Of a DNA stretch of 64,000 nt, positions 37,525 through 50,424 are shown in pieces (the stretch's first letter is position 1; every line of letters starts with the position of its first letter). Position numbers and translations under genes: made by a program. The notes beneath the pieces are model-generated. The model did no database searches and was not told the origin of the DNA. It saw only the letters and a list, made by a program, of their open reading frames with translations. Source of the stretch: Octopus bimaculoides (lineage: Eukaryota); the NCBI RefSeq assembly GCF_001194135.2, contig NC_068982.1, positions 150,253,255 through 150,317,254 of the forward strand, written 5' to 3'.

Positions 37525-38385
37525 TTTAGATGAATTGCAGAAAGTAATAAGTAAAGTAAGAAAAAGATTGTCAGCATTAAAAGGTACAAACTGAAGGAAG
37601 CTGCTAGAAATGCCTAGGAAAGCAGATTCTGTTATCAGTAGGACAGATACTAAAAATATAGGAGACACTAACTTATTGATCTATGCAGTGGGGCGCAGTA
37701 GTCACCAGAAGATTAGATATCTGACAGGGAAAGATTAAAAAAGAGTAAATGCGGAAAAGGAGACTACAAAATAAAGTGAAGACTTTAAGACAATATCTGA
37801 GTAGAATAGAAGCCTGGAAACTGAAGAAGTTAGGAAACACAAGATGCAAATCTTCCCTCGAGAAAAGATAATTAGTCAAAGAGAAAGGATTTGGGGATAG
37901 AAGAGCTAAAACAGCGTATCATAGCAGTAGAAAAGAATAGATCAGTATCAACAGAATAGATCATCTGAGACAGACGAGAGATTTCATAATCAAATAAATA
38001 GTGGAGAACGAAGTACTGAAGATGAGAAACCTAATGCAGAAGAAGCTAGAAAGTTCTGGAGTAATATTTTAGATAAACCAGTCAATCATAATGGAGATGC
38101 AGTATGGTTAAGGAAAGTGAGGGAAGAAATAGTGAGTAAGAAGCAGCCAGATGTAAGACTAACTAGTGCGTTAATGAGAAAAGTGTTAGGGAAAATGCTG
38201 AATTGAAAGGACCCAGGACCAGATTTAGTTCAAGGGTGCTGGCTATAGAAATTTAGTAGTTTACATGGGAGGCTGAGGGAACAACTTCAGGATTGCCTTA
38301 GAGGAATAATACCAGATTGGATGACTAGAGGGAGAACAATACTTATTATGAAAGATAGAGCGAGGGTAATACAGCTAGCAAAGTG
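37525..38385 (+). mobile_element. Dong/R4-like pre-RT to RT-domain-1 fragment, decayed
   Basis: Reads PNAEEARKFWSNI..KDPGPDLVQGCWL.KFSSLHGRL..IPDWMTRGRTILIMKD. Confidence 0.82.
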
Positions 38386-38389
38386 TAGT

Positions 38390-41300
38390 ACTTGTAAGTT
38401 CACCCCAAGACCTAAAAATACTAGGTTGGCATCTGGCGGGGTTAAGACTGTCTCGTGGGAAGAGGGGTCCCTTCACCCTTGGTCGGCAACCCCTTTAGAA
38501 AAAGTGACTCAATAAAAACACCGATGGTTGTGCCAATTCAACGCCAAAATTCTCAGGAGTGAAAATGTGAAATACAAAGATATATAAAACAATGGATTGA
38601 ACAAGATTGACACTACAAACAGTGTACAAGAGGGTAGGTGTGGACTCTCGAGCCTTGACTAGCAACACACTTGGTGATTGCACAACCTTACAAATGCTAC
38701 CTCTAAATGTGTGATGTCAAAGTTAAATAATAACCACAACTGTGCTATCGGGACTGGAACTGTTAACAGTGAAGGCGTCGCGTACGGCAGGCAGGGAATA
38801 TCTGATCAAGGTCCGGCAGATCGTCGTCAAGCTATTGATTAGGGCCAAATTCTAAAAATAGAATGCTGGCTGAGATGTGAGCCAAATAAAAGAGGCGTCA
38901 TTAATCGAATGAAAAGAATATGGGATGAAGGAGATTTGAAGCATCTGCCCTGCGACTAATAGATCACGCAAGAATAATCCATAGGAACGACTGGATTACA
39001 GAAGCAGAGATTGAAGAAATTCAGAGAAACATAATAGAAAAAGAGCAAGAGGATGAAACAGCAGTAGCAGAAAGCGGTAGCGAAGGGGTAAGAGATGAAG
39101 AACGTAAAACAGATTGAAACCGCAGAGTACCGGACAATACTGATAAAGTAACTAATGAAGGCGATCTAGATGGACAAGTGACAGTAAGTACTGCAAAAGA
39201 CTTGAATGATGAAGAGAAGGGGGTTTTAGAAATGTTGCGAGGTAAAATGGCTGATGGGAACAATGAAGTACCACCAAATATAAGATATATGGAAAGAGAA
39301 CAAGTGAGGAAAGCTATAGGCAAAGTAAGTGACGTTTTAAGCATGATTAAAACAGAAAACATCAGTGGAACAAACAAGCTAATCATAGCTGCTGCTAATG
39401 TCATAGCTAACATAGTAGGCTACAAGCGAAAAACTGAAGATATAAAAGCAAATGAAAGAAAGAACCAAACTGGAAAAAGAGAATACGAATGAAGCTGGAG
39501 AAGACACGAAAAGAACTGGGGCAATTGAATAGGATAATAAGAGGAGAGCTCAAGAATAAGGTAGTAAGCAGAGAATTGAATGGACAGTACAAGTTAGAAG
39601 AAAGGGGAAAAGTACATGAAGAATTGATACAAATGATGATAGTATTAAAGGCCAAATTGAAAAGATACGATGCTAGATACAAAGGTTTCGAACAGAATAG
39701 ATTGTTCCAATCGAATATAAGGCGTCTATTCGAGGAAATAGTGGGAGGTCAATACCAGGAACTGATTTCAGATATGGAAGAAAGTAAAGAATTTGGGGGA
39801 AGTCTGTGGAACAGGCTGGCAAGACATAAAGAAAGCGCGGAGTGGCTAACAAAGATAGAAAGACAACTTGAAACTGTACCAAGACAAAAGGACGTCAGAA
39901 CTAATCTGTATACAGTGAGACAGAAGTTAATAAAAAATAGTAAATTGGAAAAGACCAGGCCTGGATAGAATACAAGGTTATTGACTGAAGAACTTTACAC
40001 AGTTGCATAGAAGGATCGCTGTGCAACTGGATGACTGCCTGCAGCAAGGTCACGTCCATGCCTAGATGACAAGTGGACGAACGCTGCTATGCTTCAAGAA
40101 TCCCTTGAAAGGGAACTTGGCATCAAATTTTCGACCTATACCCTGTTTACCACTAATGTGAAAACTTATGACTGGTGTCTTGGCAGAAGAGTTATACAAT
40201 CATCTGGAAAGTAACAATCTACTTCCAGAAGAACAGAAAAGATGCAGGAAACAAAGTAGAGCAACAAAAGTTTATTTATTAGTTGATAAAAGGATAATTA
40301 GAAATTGTAGACGCAGACTGACGGGGCTGAATGTAACATAGCTATATTACAAAAAAAGCATATAACATGGTACCACACAGTTGGATAAGTAAAAAAATGA
40401 GCATGTTTGGAATAGAAAAAATATGGAGAAAACAATGGAAAATATTGGAATACTGAATTGATCGGAGGAAAAGAAAAACTCGGAAAAGTTAACATCAGAC
40501 GTGGAATATTCCTAGGTAATAGCTTATCTCCATTACTATTCGTATTGGCCATGACACCGCTCTCTATGATGCTACGAAACGTTAAAATGGCTAACGATTT
40601 GGGAAAAGGAATTGGTCAGATAAATCATCCCCTTTTCATGGATGTTGTTGTTGTTGGCGCTCCATCGCTTACGACGACGAGGGTTCCAGTTGATCCGATC
40701 AACGGAACAGCCTGCTCGTGAAATTAACGTGCAAGTGGCTGAGCACTTCACACACACGTGTACTTTTAACGTAGTTCTCGGGGATATTCAGCGTGACACA
40801 GAGTGACAAGGCTGGCCCTTTGAATTACAGGCACAACAGAAACAGGAAGTAAGAGTGAGAGAAAGTTGTGGTGAAAGTGTACAGCAGGGTTCGCCACCAT
40901 CCCCTGCCGGAGTCTCGTGGAGCTTTAGGTGTTTTCGCTCAATAAACACTCACAATGCCCGGTCTGGAATCGAAACCGCGATCCTATGACCGCGAGTTCG
41001 CTACTCTAACCACTGGGCCATTGCGCCTCCATTTTTCATGGATGATATAAAGGTTTATGCGAAAAATGTACATACTATCCGCATTTTCTCAAATGACGTA
41101 GATATGGAATTTGGGATAGAACAGTGGCGCTATATTGAAAATGAAACGAGGAAGATTTGAACGAAGCCAGGGAATTGAAATGCCAAATGGGCAAACAATG
41201 AGAGCGGTTGAGAAAGGACATTGGTATAAATACTTGGGAATACTGGAAGCAGATGAGCTAAAAAATAAAGAAAAGATACAGATTACCAGTAGAAAGTACA

Positions 41301-41747
41301 CAAGGAGAGTGAGAAAATTATTGCAGTCAAAGTTGGATTCCAAAAATCTTATTGATGCAATAAATTCAAGAGCCGTACTCTTAATCAGATATAGAGTTGG
41401 AAGAATAGACTGGACCGGAAACGAAATAAAGAAACTTGACAGAGAAACTAGGAAGTTATTGACGATGTATGAAGTACACCATCCGAAAACTGATATCAAC
41501 CGGTAAATATAAGAGATCAGGATGGAAGAGGCTTAATAGTAGTAGAAGAATGTGTACAGATGGAAAGAAAATGTCTTGTAGAGTATTTACAGAGCGACAC
41601 AGAAAACCAACTAAAGCAGATAAGAAAGAACAGGTGATGAAGCGTGTAATAGGAGAAAAAGACAAGAATGAAATACAAAGAGATCATGTCACACAGATCA
41701 AAGTGAAACCTTTGCATAGCCAGGTTTGGAGAGCCACTGAAGACGTA
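38390..41747 (+). mobile_element. Long 5'-intact, 3'-truncated R4/Dong element (lineage D) with a decayed single ORF including RT
   Basis: Putative 5' UTR, ATG near 38714 (MSKLNNNHNC..), [88 protein letters not shown]. Many stops; zinc knuckle and REL are missing. Confidence 0.92.
40645..41030 (-). mobile_element. Full-length tRNA(Arg)-like SINE with a 12-bp TSD, inserted in the Dong RT
   Basis: Head ggaggcgcaatggcccagtggttagagtagcgaactcgcgg..ggtttcgattcc and a (AAC)n tail. TSD ttttcatggatg at 40633-40644 and 41033-41044. Resembles the described octopus OR-type SINEs (recall). Confidence 0.93.
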
Positions 41748-41832
41748 GGTTGAGATATCTTGTCCACGGACAAATAAACAAACAAACACGACTGAAAACA
41801 ATACTTCCGCCTTCGCTAAGGCGGAGGTAATA
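41748..41832 (-). mobile_element. Terminal fragment of a Helentron-associated/DINE-like non-autonomous element
   Basis: The minus strand reads ttattacctccgccttagcgaaggcggaagtattgttttc..gtttgtttgtttatttgtcc: a T-rich end, an 11-bp stem with 4-nt loop (41803-41828), then a GTTT microsatellite. Confidence 0.5.
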
Positions 41833-41851
41833 ATAATAATAATAATAATAA

Positions 41852-43089
41852 GGCAGATGTAGAACGTCTTTATCTGCCAAGAAAAGAGGGAGGCCGAGGA
41901 CTTCTACAGCTGGCATTATCAATGAAGGTAGCCACAATTGGCCTAGACACCTATCTGAAAAACTCTGAGGACTGGATGCTAAAACTTGTCTTAAAATATG
42001 AAAGCAAGAAAGCATCTTACTCAGTAACAAAGCAGGCAAAGGAATATCTAAGTGAATTCCAATTGCAACAAATTCAAGAATTAGACGAACTAGAAACACC
42101 TGCAGAAAAAGCTAAGCGCTTGAAAACCCGTGCTAAAATTGCTGCCTTAGCTATTATGACTGAAAAATGGCATGGAAAACCTCTCAATGGCAAATACTCN
42201 NNNNNNNNNNNNNNNNNNNNNNNNNNNNNNNNNNNNNNNNNNNNNNNNNNNNNNNNNNNNNNNNNNNNNNNNNNNNNNNNNNNNNNNNNNNNNNNNNNNN
42301 NNNNNNNNNNNNNNNNNNNNNNNNNNNNNNNNNNNNNNNNNNNNNNNNNNNNNNNNNNNNNNNNNNNNNNNNNNNNNNNNNNNNNNNNNNNNNNNNNNNN
42401 NNNNNNNNNNNNNNNNNNNNNNNNNNNNNNNNNNNNNNNNNNNNNNNNNNNNNNNNNNNNNNNNNNNNNNNNNNNNNNNNNNNNNNNNNNNNNNNNNNNN
42501 NNNNNNNNNNNNNNNNNNNNNNNNNNNNNNNNNNNNNNNNNNNNNNNNNNNNNNNNNNNNNNNNNNNNNNNNNNNNNNNNNNNNNNNNNNNNNNNNNNNN
42601 NNNNNNNNNNNNNNNNNNNNNNNNNNNNNNNNNNNNNNNNNNNNNNNNNNNNNNNNNNNNNNNNNNNNNNNNNNNNNNNNNNNNNNNNNNNNNNNNNNNN
42701 NNNNNNNNNNNNNNNNNNNNNNNNNNNNNNNNNNNNNNNNNNNNNNNNTACCTATTGTCATAGGTGCCCTGGGAATGACAGCGAAACGGGCTGATTACTA
42801 CCTAGCTCAGATACCAGGAAACCCCAAAATGGCTGAAGTTCAAAAGATAGTGCTCATGGGAACTGCCCATATCCTACGTAAAATACTGTCTATGTGATCT
42901 CAAATTTTAAAGCAAACACATAATTTTCTTATGGTTTCTTAAACATTCACTTGAACAAAAGTGTACAAATCCAAATATATGGTACCCTAGGCATAACACC
43001 TACATGAACTTCTAACATGTTGTCTCTTGAGGTCTCTGGGTGGGACTTGGATCCAACTTGTACAAATGCAAAACAAAAGTCAAACATAA

Positions 43090-43090
<1 letters not shown>
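41852..43090 (+). mobile_element. 5'-truncated Dong element (lineage A), apparently young, flanked by (TAA)n on both sides; middle in an N gap
   Basis: Uninterrupted frame ADVERLYLPRKEGGRGLLQL..WHGKPLNGKY [gap] PIVIGALGM..VQKIVLMGTAHILRKILSM*. TAA arrays at 41828-41851 and 43090-43143. Confidence 0.93.
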
Positions 43091-43141
<51 letters not shown>

Positions 43142-43943
43142 TAAACTATGTAAGACATCAACATAACTGAACACTACAGGGACAACACAGCAAGCAATAA
43201 CATTTAATAAATAAACAGAACAGGAGCGAAGAACATAAGGTTTGTAAATAGCCTGTCCTTCTAACATTTACTCTTATGGAAACGGTCCAACGAGGGGTCC
43301 TCAACGTTGTCACCCGATCTGAATGGAATGTCAGTCAAATCCTCTTCAAATCACACCATACTATCTTTAGTTATCTCAGATGTACTATTACTGTAAAAAA
43401 GGATGGCTTGGCGCTAAACAGCAATTCCAGTGGACTCTGTTGTAGCAGCACAGTGTAAATATATCAAAATTGTGTGTAACAGTAAACCTTAGTTAGTTCT
43501 GATACCCCTAACACTTACCGTTAATAGTAAATCGTGTTTTTGTTTCTATTGACGTAACATTTAGTATGGCAACACTTAAGTTGCTATTTTAACAAAATTA
43601 CCTAAATACATACAATAACCGCGTAACGCTAATCTGTAACTAACTACAATAACCAGATGTTTTAATGTTAAACGTAATTCCTGCTTTGGTGAAAAACAGA
43701 ATACACATAATACAAGGTTACTTTTAATTCTAAATGCTAAACCGAAAAACTAAATCTTGACCTCAGACTCATAAGCGTTGATCCTTGGACTCTAACTCCA
43801 TCTTATATTGCTAAATTAGTACTATGCCAAATATGTACACATATTTACATATGAATATCCCACATGGAGCTAATGCATAATCTTCTTTACCACTACTACT
43901 GAGATAGAATTGGATTTCTGTACAGCTTCAATCACTCACTTAC

Positions 43944-44003
43944 TCTCCCGTGGACACACAGACGCACATGCACGCCACCACCACCATCACCAACGTTACC
44001 ATT
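43944..44003 (-). CDS. Candidate first coding exon encoding a signal-peptide-like MVTLVMVVVACMCVCVSTG(E/D)
   Basis: Strong acceptor ttgttgttgttcttgcag, ATG at 44002, strong donor AGA|gtaagt; hydrophobic 19 aa ending in small residues. An alternative frame is also open. Confidence 0.42.
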
Positions 44004-44739
44004 CTGCAAGAACAACAACAAAAACTGCAACTATAGTAATAATTATAGCTAGTACGACAGCCACAGCAACCAGCCATGGATTAATATATGTTTAAAGAGA
44101 ACTCTCAGCCTTTATTTTTTGCAACATGAAGATTAGGGTTAATATTTAAGAAATATTTGTTTTATTTTCTTAACATTTTGTTTGATTTCTGTTTAAACAA
44201 TGTTCCAATAGTTTGATTGGAACATCTTTGTTGCTATAGAAACAAGTTTATATCTGATTAATTTCATTTTTATTATTTTGTGGGAATGATATGTTTGTTT
44301 GATATTGGTATCATTTTGACCACACACGAAGGGCTAATATTTGAATGGGGAGGAAATGGCTTGTGTGACATTACTCTATTTTCTAAGGACATTAGCAACT
44401 TAAGAGAGCTGAAATTACCTCAAATGGAGATTGTATTCTATTCTGAATGGTTAATACCCTTTACTGCTTCCGAAAATTCGTATTTGAATCACTTATTTTC
44501 TCAAGTATCCTCGAACAACCAAGTAGATAAATTTTTCAAGACATCATTTTCTCTTTAACTCTTCGAAATGTTATGGAAGTAAGAAACGACTTTAAGTTAT
44601 GCTAGGTGCCTAACAGGTTCCAAGTGCACAGCGCTTAAGAAAAAGACGGGATGGTTTGCGACTTGAGTACCTTTCATCATGAATCTACTTGATCAGAGAT
44701 AACCCAGAACTAGCAACCACCATCCTCACCACCACCACA

Positions 44740-44885
44740 TATACACATGTGTGTGAAGGCGCATGGCTCATCACCACCACATATACACATGCGTGTGAAG
44801 GCGCATGGCTTAGGGGTTAGGGCATTCGGATCATGATCGGCCGTGAGTTCGATAAGTTGTCTCCTTAAACAAGACACTTTATCAA
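44740..44885 (+). mobile_element. Truncated SINE family c head with a 42-bp tandem duplication; paralogous to 48312-48430
   Basis: Shares its upstream flank and diagnostic deletions with the 48312 copy. Confidence 0.75.
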
Positions 44886-45766
44886 CAACATCAACAACAA
44901 CAACAACAACCGGGAAACAGATTCCACTCGCACAGTAATTCATTTGCATTCTTACTCTGGCCCTGTACCTCATGCACACAAATAACCGTAGGTCATGAGA
45001 TTTCGACGTTATGTCTGATGCATAAATGTAACAGTTGGTCATGATTGATTGACTCAAATATTGGAGATCGAAAACAATAATTCGGGTGATGATAAAATTA
45101 TTTAAAATCTATTCGTCATCTTCACCATCTATAGAATCATCATCACCATTATCATCAATCGAACCATCATCATCATTGTCATCACCATCATTATCACAGT
45201 CGTCGTTAGAAAATTTACCAACTTTATACCTTGTGAAGTGTTTGGAAAAAAAGAAAATCAGAGAAAAAATTTACCCATTTAACATAAAATATAATTAAGT
45301 AAAGACTAATAAAATTTACTAAAGAAAAGAAAGAAAGAAAAAGCGAGAGAGAGAGAGAGAAGTTTTAAAAAATAACATTTGAGTAATTAAGGGATATGCT
45401 AGAAATAAACAACATAATAAAATAAAATAAACAAAAATTATTTAAGTTAAATGACCACCAAAACGGCTCTGTGTAACAATTAGCAACCATTCGTTAAAAA
45501 CGCAGTTCACATCTTAGGTAAAATAGAGTTTTTATGAGAAAAAGAAAGCAATGAAGAAATAACCAGATGAGAAAATAACAATAACAAAAATGGCAACAGC
45601 CTTAAGGCAACCTAATTAAAAAAAGGTTGAAATAATAGATAAACAAAGTTACTATTTCAAATAGGTGCTTCAAATGTATCTTGAAATAGTCACTGATCAA
45701 ATGGGATTAATATATTGTTGGGTTCAGTGAAACGAATTTCCGAAAATAGAAACACACACGTACGCA

Positions 45767-45816
<50 letters not shown>

Positions 45817-45990
45817 NNNNNNNNNNNNNNNNNNNNNNNNNNNNNNNNNNNNNNNNNNNNNNNNNNNNNNNNNNNNNNNNNNNNNNNNNNNNNNNNNNNN
45901 NNNNNNNNNNNNNNNNNNNNNTATATATATATATATATATATATAAAATTGGTTACATATATACACATATATTTATATATATATATATTC

Positions 45991-46021
<31 letters not shown>

Positions 46022-46965
46022 TATTCATTTATTTATTTATTTATTTATTTATTTATATATATATTTATTTATTTATTTATTTATTTATATATATACATAT
46101 ATATTAATATATTGGAGCGGCAGAGGACCTAACTTGAAGTTGTGCGGACAATACCGGACTGACTTGGTGCCTCAACTTGAGTACCTAATTCAACTGAATC
46201 TTAATTATTTCTTATATATATATATAAACTTGTATATACCCTTATTTTTCATATATACATATGTATGTATAAGTATGTATTTATATACATATATATGTTT
46301 GTGTATGTATATATCTATATGTGTTTATATGATATACATATATATATGTTGTGTGTGTGTATGTATGTATGTATGTATGTATATATATGCATGTATGTAT
46401 GTATATATTTATATATATATATGTATATATACACACACACATACACACACGCACGGACACGCACACACACATACACGTGCGCGCGCATGTGCATATGCAC
46501 CCACACACGCGTGCTAGGACGTGAGGGCTGACTTGGAACTAATGCTAAAGTAGGTAAAACATTTTTGCTAACAGACATAGGTAATGTATAGATATACGGA
46601 TGTTAATATATCTATACGTGTGTATGCATACGTTCTACAGGATAAGCTTCTATAACATTTTACATACTTTTATAGCTGTATTAATTACTTGCAATTGTAA
46701 TTTTATAATTAGCCGTGGGTATGTATGCATATATGTGGGAAGCAGTAGCTATATGCATGTGAGTACATACATAGGTACCAGATGCAGGTAAAACATATAC
46801 TTCCTCTTGCATACAAACATTCATACATACATACAGAAGTGCAGAAGTAAACATAACTCATCAGAATGCAGAATGCAGGAGTGAGCATAACTCTTCTATT
46901 AACTAATTTTGTTAAGAAACGAGTAGCTGAAGGAATGCTCAACACAAGTGTAGCCTGCAATAGTC

Positions 46966-47119
46966 TATTTAGGCCGGTCCCGTAGCATGTTATTCTGGAG
47001 TTTCCGTGGCGTGTAGCCGCTTCTCCACATAAGTCAAACTAGTCCAGCTTGATTTGTCTGAAGAAGCAGCTACAGACCGTGGAAACTGCAGAGTAACACA
47101 CTATTGGACAGCCTAAATA
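46966..47119. other. 154-nt imperfect fold-back (long hairpin or palindromic MITE)
   Basis: tatttaggc...gcctaaata ends. A central 36-bp segment gives 29 WC pairs, 3 G:U and 4 mismatches by hand, and pairing continues to a short apical loop. Confidence 0.8.
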
Positions 47120-47534
47120 AATTACGTGTGTGTGTGTGTGTCTGTGTCTGCGTCTGTGTCTGTGTCTGTCTGTGTCTGTCTGTGTCTGTCTGTGTGTAGG
47201 TCGTTACGTGTGTGCGCGCGCTAGCAACAAGAGCAGATTTGTACCGAATATTAATTACCACATCCAATCTATCTTTGATGAGTCGTTAATAACGCCTACG
47301 ACTACTAAAAACGTCCCGAGAAATCACCTCGAATGAATGACAAATGCTTAAAAAGCAACAATTATATATGACAAAATTTCGTCAGCACCGGCGGATGGCA
47401 CAATCTTAATATCTGATTGCTGTTGTTTTTCGCCAATAGCGAACACCTCCTCCCATTAGATGATGTGTGTTAGCACCACCAGCCAATAATTTCTTCACTG
47501 ATTTCTATAAACATCTCTACTGATGGGTTCCATA

Positions 47535-48165
47535 GATGAAATTTGCATTTGAGGCAGGTAGCATGATGAAAGTTGAAAGGGAACTTCTGAAAAAGTATTC
47601 CTGCCTGATGATCGGGGATAAACACCTCTACAATTTGCACAACTCTACTGCAACAGGAATATTAGTTCTCATTATGAAGGATATGTTTTCACTAATATAA
47701 CAGCAAGAAATAACGAATATCTAATGCGGAAAAGGGATAGAAATGCAAGTAAACCAATCAGATGCAATAATCAATACAAACTCCCAGGAACTAACTCTGA
47801 TAATGTCACTCACATCAGTAAATGTCCGAGAATGTCATCACGGTATGATGTGGTCAAAATATTCTACATTGTAGTCCGTAGAAAGGATAGTCCTGATGAG
47901 AGAAATATAAGATGTGGGTGGCATAATCATTCAAGATATGAAAGAAATATCGGTGGAATCTTTCTATCAAGACCGTAATAAAATGCAACCATAACAGATC
48001 AGATATAATGATCTGGGGCCGACTAAAGAAATTATGCACAATAGTAGAAATCAGTTGCCCAACAGATTCTAAAATAATGAAAAAGAAAACATCAATACGG
48101 AACTAATAAAAAATCTGTAATTATTCCACTTGGACTATAGCTTTAAATTTATACCTTATGAGACA
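47535..48165 (+). mobile_element. Dong-like lineage B fragment (zinc-knuckle to REL region), decayed
   Basis: Reads SSHYEGYVF..YLMRKRDR..CPRMSSR.YDVV..WWNLSIKT..KCNHNRSDIMIW..CTIVEISCPTD..KENI..ELIKNL. Confidence 0.8.
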
Positions 48166-48329
48166 CCTGGTTACATGACTAATTGCTTCACCACCATTTT
48201 TTATAAACTAATACTAAAAAGATCACGACTAATAAAGAAACATCAGCTGTAAACCATTAGAGGGATTGTGAAGTTATGTAAAGTATTCCATAAGTTTAGT
48301 ATGTAATAAATACATATACACATGTGTGT

Positions 48330-48630
48330 GAAAGTGCATGGCTTAGTGGTTAGGGCATTCGGCTCATGATCGGCCGTGAGTTCGATAAGCTGTCTCCTTG
48401 AACAAGACACTTTATTTCACATTGCTCCAGTCCACTCAGTTGGCGAAAATGAGTAGTACTTCTTTTTCAAAGGGCCAGCCTTGTCACATCCTGCGTCATT
48501 CTGAATCTCCCTGAGAACTACGTGTGTCTGTGGAGTGCTCAGCCACTTGCACGTTAACTTCACGAGCAGGCTATTCCATTGATCGGATCAGCTAGAACTC
48601 TCGTCGTCGTAACCGATGAAATGCCAGTTT
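48330..48630 (+). mobile_element. SINE family c
   Basis: Head, core and tail collinear with 12738-13030. Confidence 0.88.
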
Positions 48631-50365
48631 GTTTTTTACACGTGTAGAAACGCAAGCAGATAAATATGTACGCATACATAAGTCAAAACATAGGTCTACA
48701 TGTGCTACAACATCTCTACATACCTGTGCACATATACATGTACAAACATATATGTTTATATGCATACATACGTACATGCACACGTGCATACATATATATA
48801 TGCATACACACATACATGCGAGTATACATGCATTGATGAATGAGTCTTGGGTTAGAAACTGCCACTTTCTACATTAACGAAAAATTCGAAAAAGAAAACT
48901 AGAACATACATGCTTTCTTTTTTCCAATAAGTCAATAAATCAATCAGCCAATGGGTCAATGAAACTGTTTCCAATTTTCATTTAGACGTCCCTGTATCTT
49001 AGTATTCGTCTATACATCTATATAATTCTCTATCTGAAATCTCTGCACCACTGTCCAACTATTCCAAACGTGCTGAAAACAAACAGATTATCAAACAAAC
49101 AAAAAATGTTAGGCTAAGGCCTACCAAAAGAAGAAGGATTAATGTGTCACCTTTATCCATTAAAGATAACAATCCAGAACAATTTAATCGATATTGCTAG
49201 GAAAGTTACATTAGAGTTTGACGTTAAATAGAAATAAAGCTGGCGTAAATCTTCAGACACCTCACTAAGCTGCATATAAAATTACACAGTAATCCGTGTG
49301 GAAATTGATAATTTGCGATGTGTTGTCTTTATGGTAATCAACAACATAAACTCACTTATATCTACAATGACATATACTCAAACACATACACACATATGAG
49401 TATATGAATGCATGTATATGTATGTATACATGTATGTATGAATATATGTATGTATGCTACGTACTGATATAACAATCAACATATGAGATATGCTAAGAAA
49501 CATCAAGAAACATCATCCCTTCGCAGACATTAAATCAAGACGTTTGTTAGAAAATATAGAGAATCTTTTGAGAATCCCATAAGAAACAGAATCACATCAA
49601 ATGAATAAGTCCCAATGGATAAATCCCAAGTACCTCGGCTTTGTACTTTATTTATAACCTCACAGTTTACGCATGCTTAGTCTGCTAAATTTGTCTCCAG
49701 CATAAGTACACCCAAGCGACATTGAATGCAAGTCTCTGACAACCGTAATATAATTGGATTATATGAATTTTCCCCTGTTTAAATAAATCTGAACGGAGAC
49801 GCTGTTCCATGTCACTGAGATAGCCAGAAACAAATATTAAACAGAAAATTCTTTAATTTACATTAAATTAAACAGTGGAAGTGAATGTCACGGACCAGAT
49901 TGTAAGGGAACGCTGAAAGACGTTGATATTTAATAATACCTTATACTATTACAAAATAAAGACAAAAATGAACATAACAGGATATGCGTAAATGGCTACC
50001 ATGACGAAAAGAAATCTCAGACGTTATCATTTGACAAACAAGTACAGCTCCGAAATGAATGTTGTAATAATGGATTTCAAATGAATTATTACAGAACAAG
50101 AAAATTAAAAATTGAACTAAATTATAATATACGTTCATCTTTAAAGGAGTAATTTTAACTAATTAAAATTTATTGGTTTACTACATCATATATGCAAGAG
50201 CTCACTTTACGTCATTTTCTAGAAATATACATGTATATATGTATGTGTATATGGATGTGATTGGAGAAACAGACAGACAGACAGGAAAAGAAAGACGAAG
50301 CAGATAAATGTGTGTGCATGTATATATAAGCACACTCATGTACATACGCACATATGCGCATAACC

Positions 50366-50424
<59 letters not shown>

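Noticed and set aside
38430-38495. HDV-like ribozyme at the 5' end of the long Dong element (GGGGTT/AACCCC, TCTCGT)
   Set aside because: A P2-like pairing exists, but I could not build P1, P3 or a proper J4/2 by hand. It would need a family consensus and a structure-descriptor search.
44808-44823. TTAGGG-like repeats
   Set aside because: Only two imperfect units and part of a SINE head; not telomeric.
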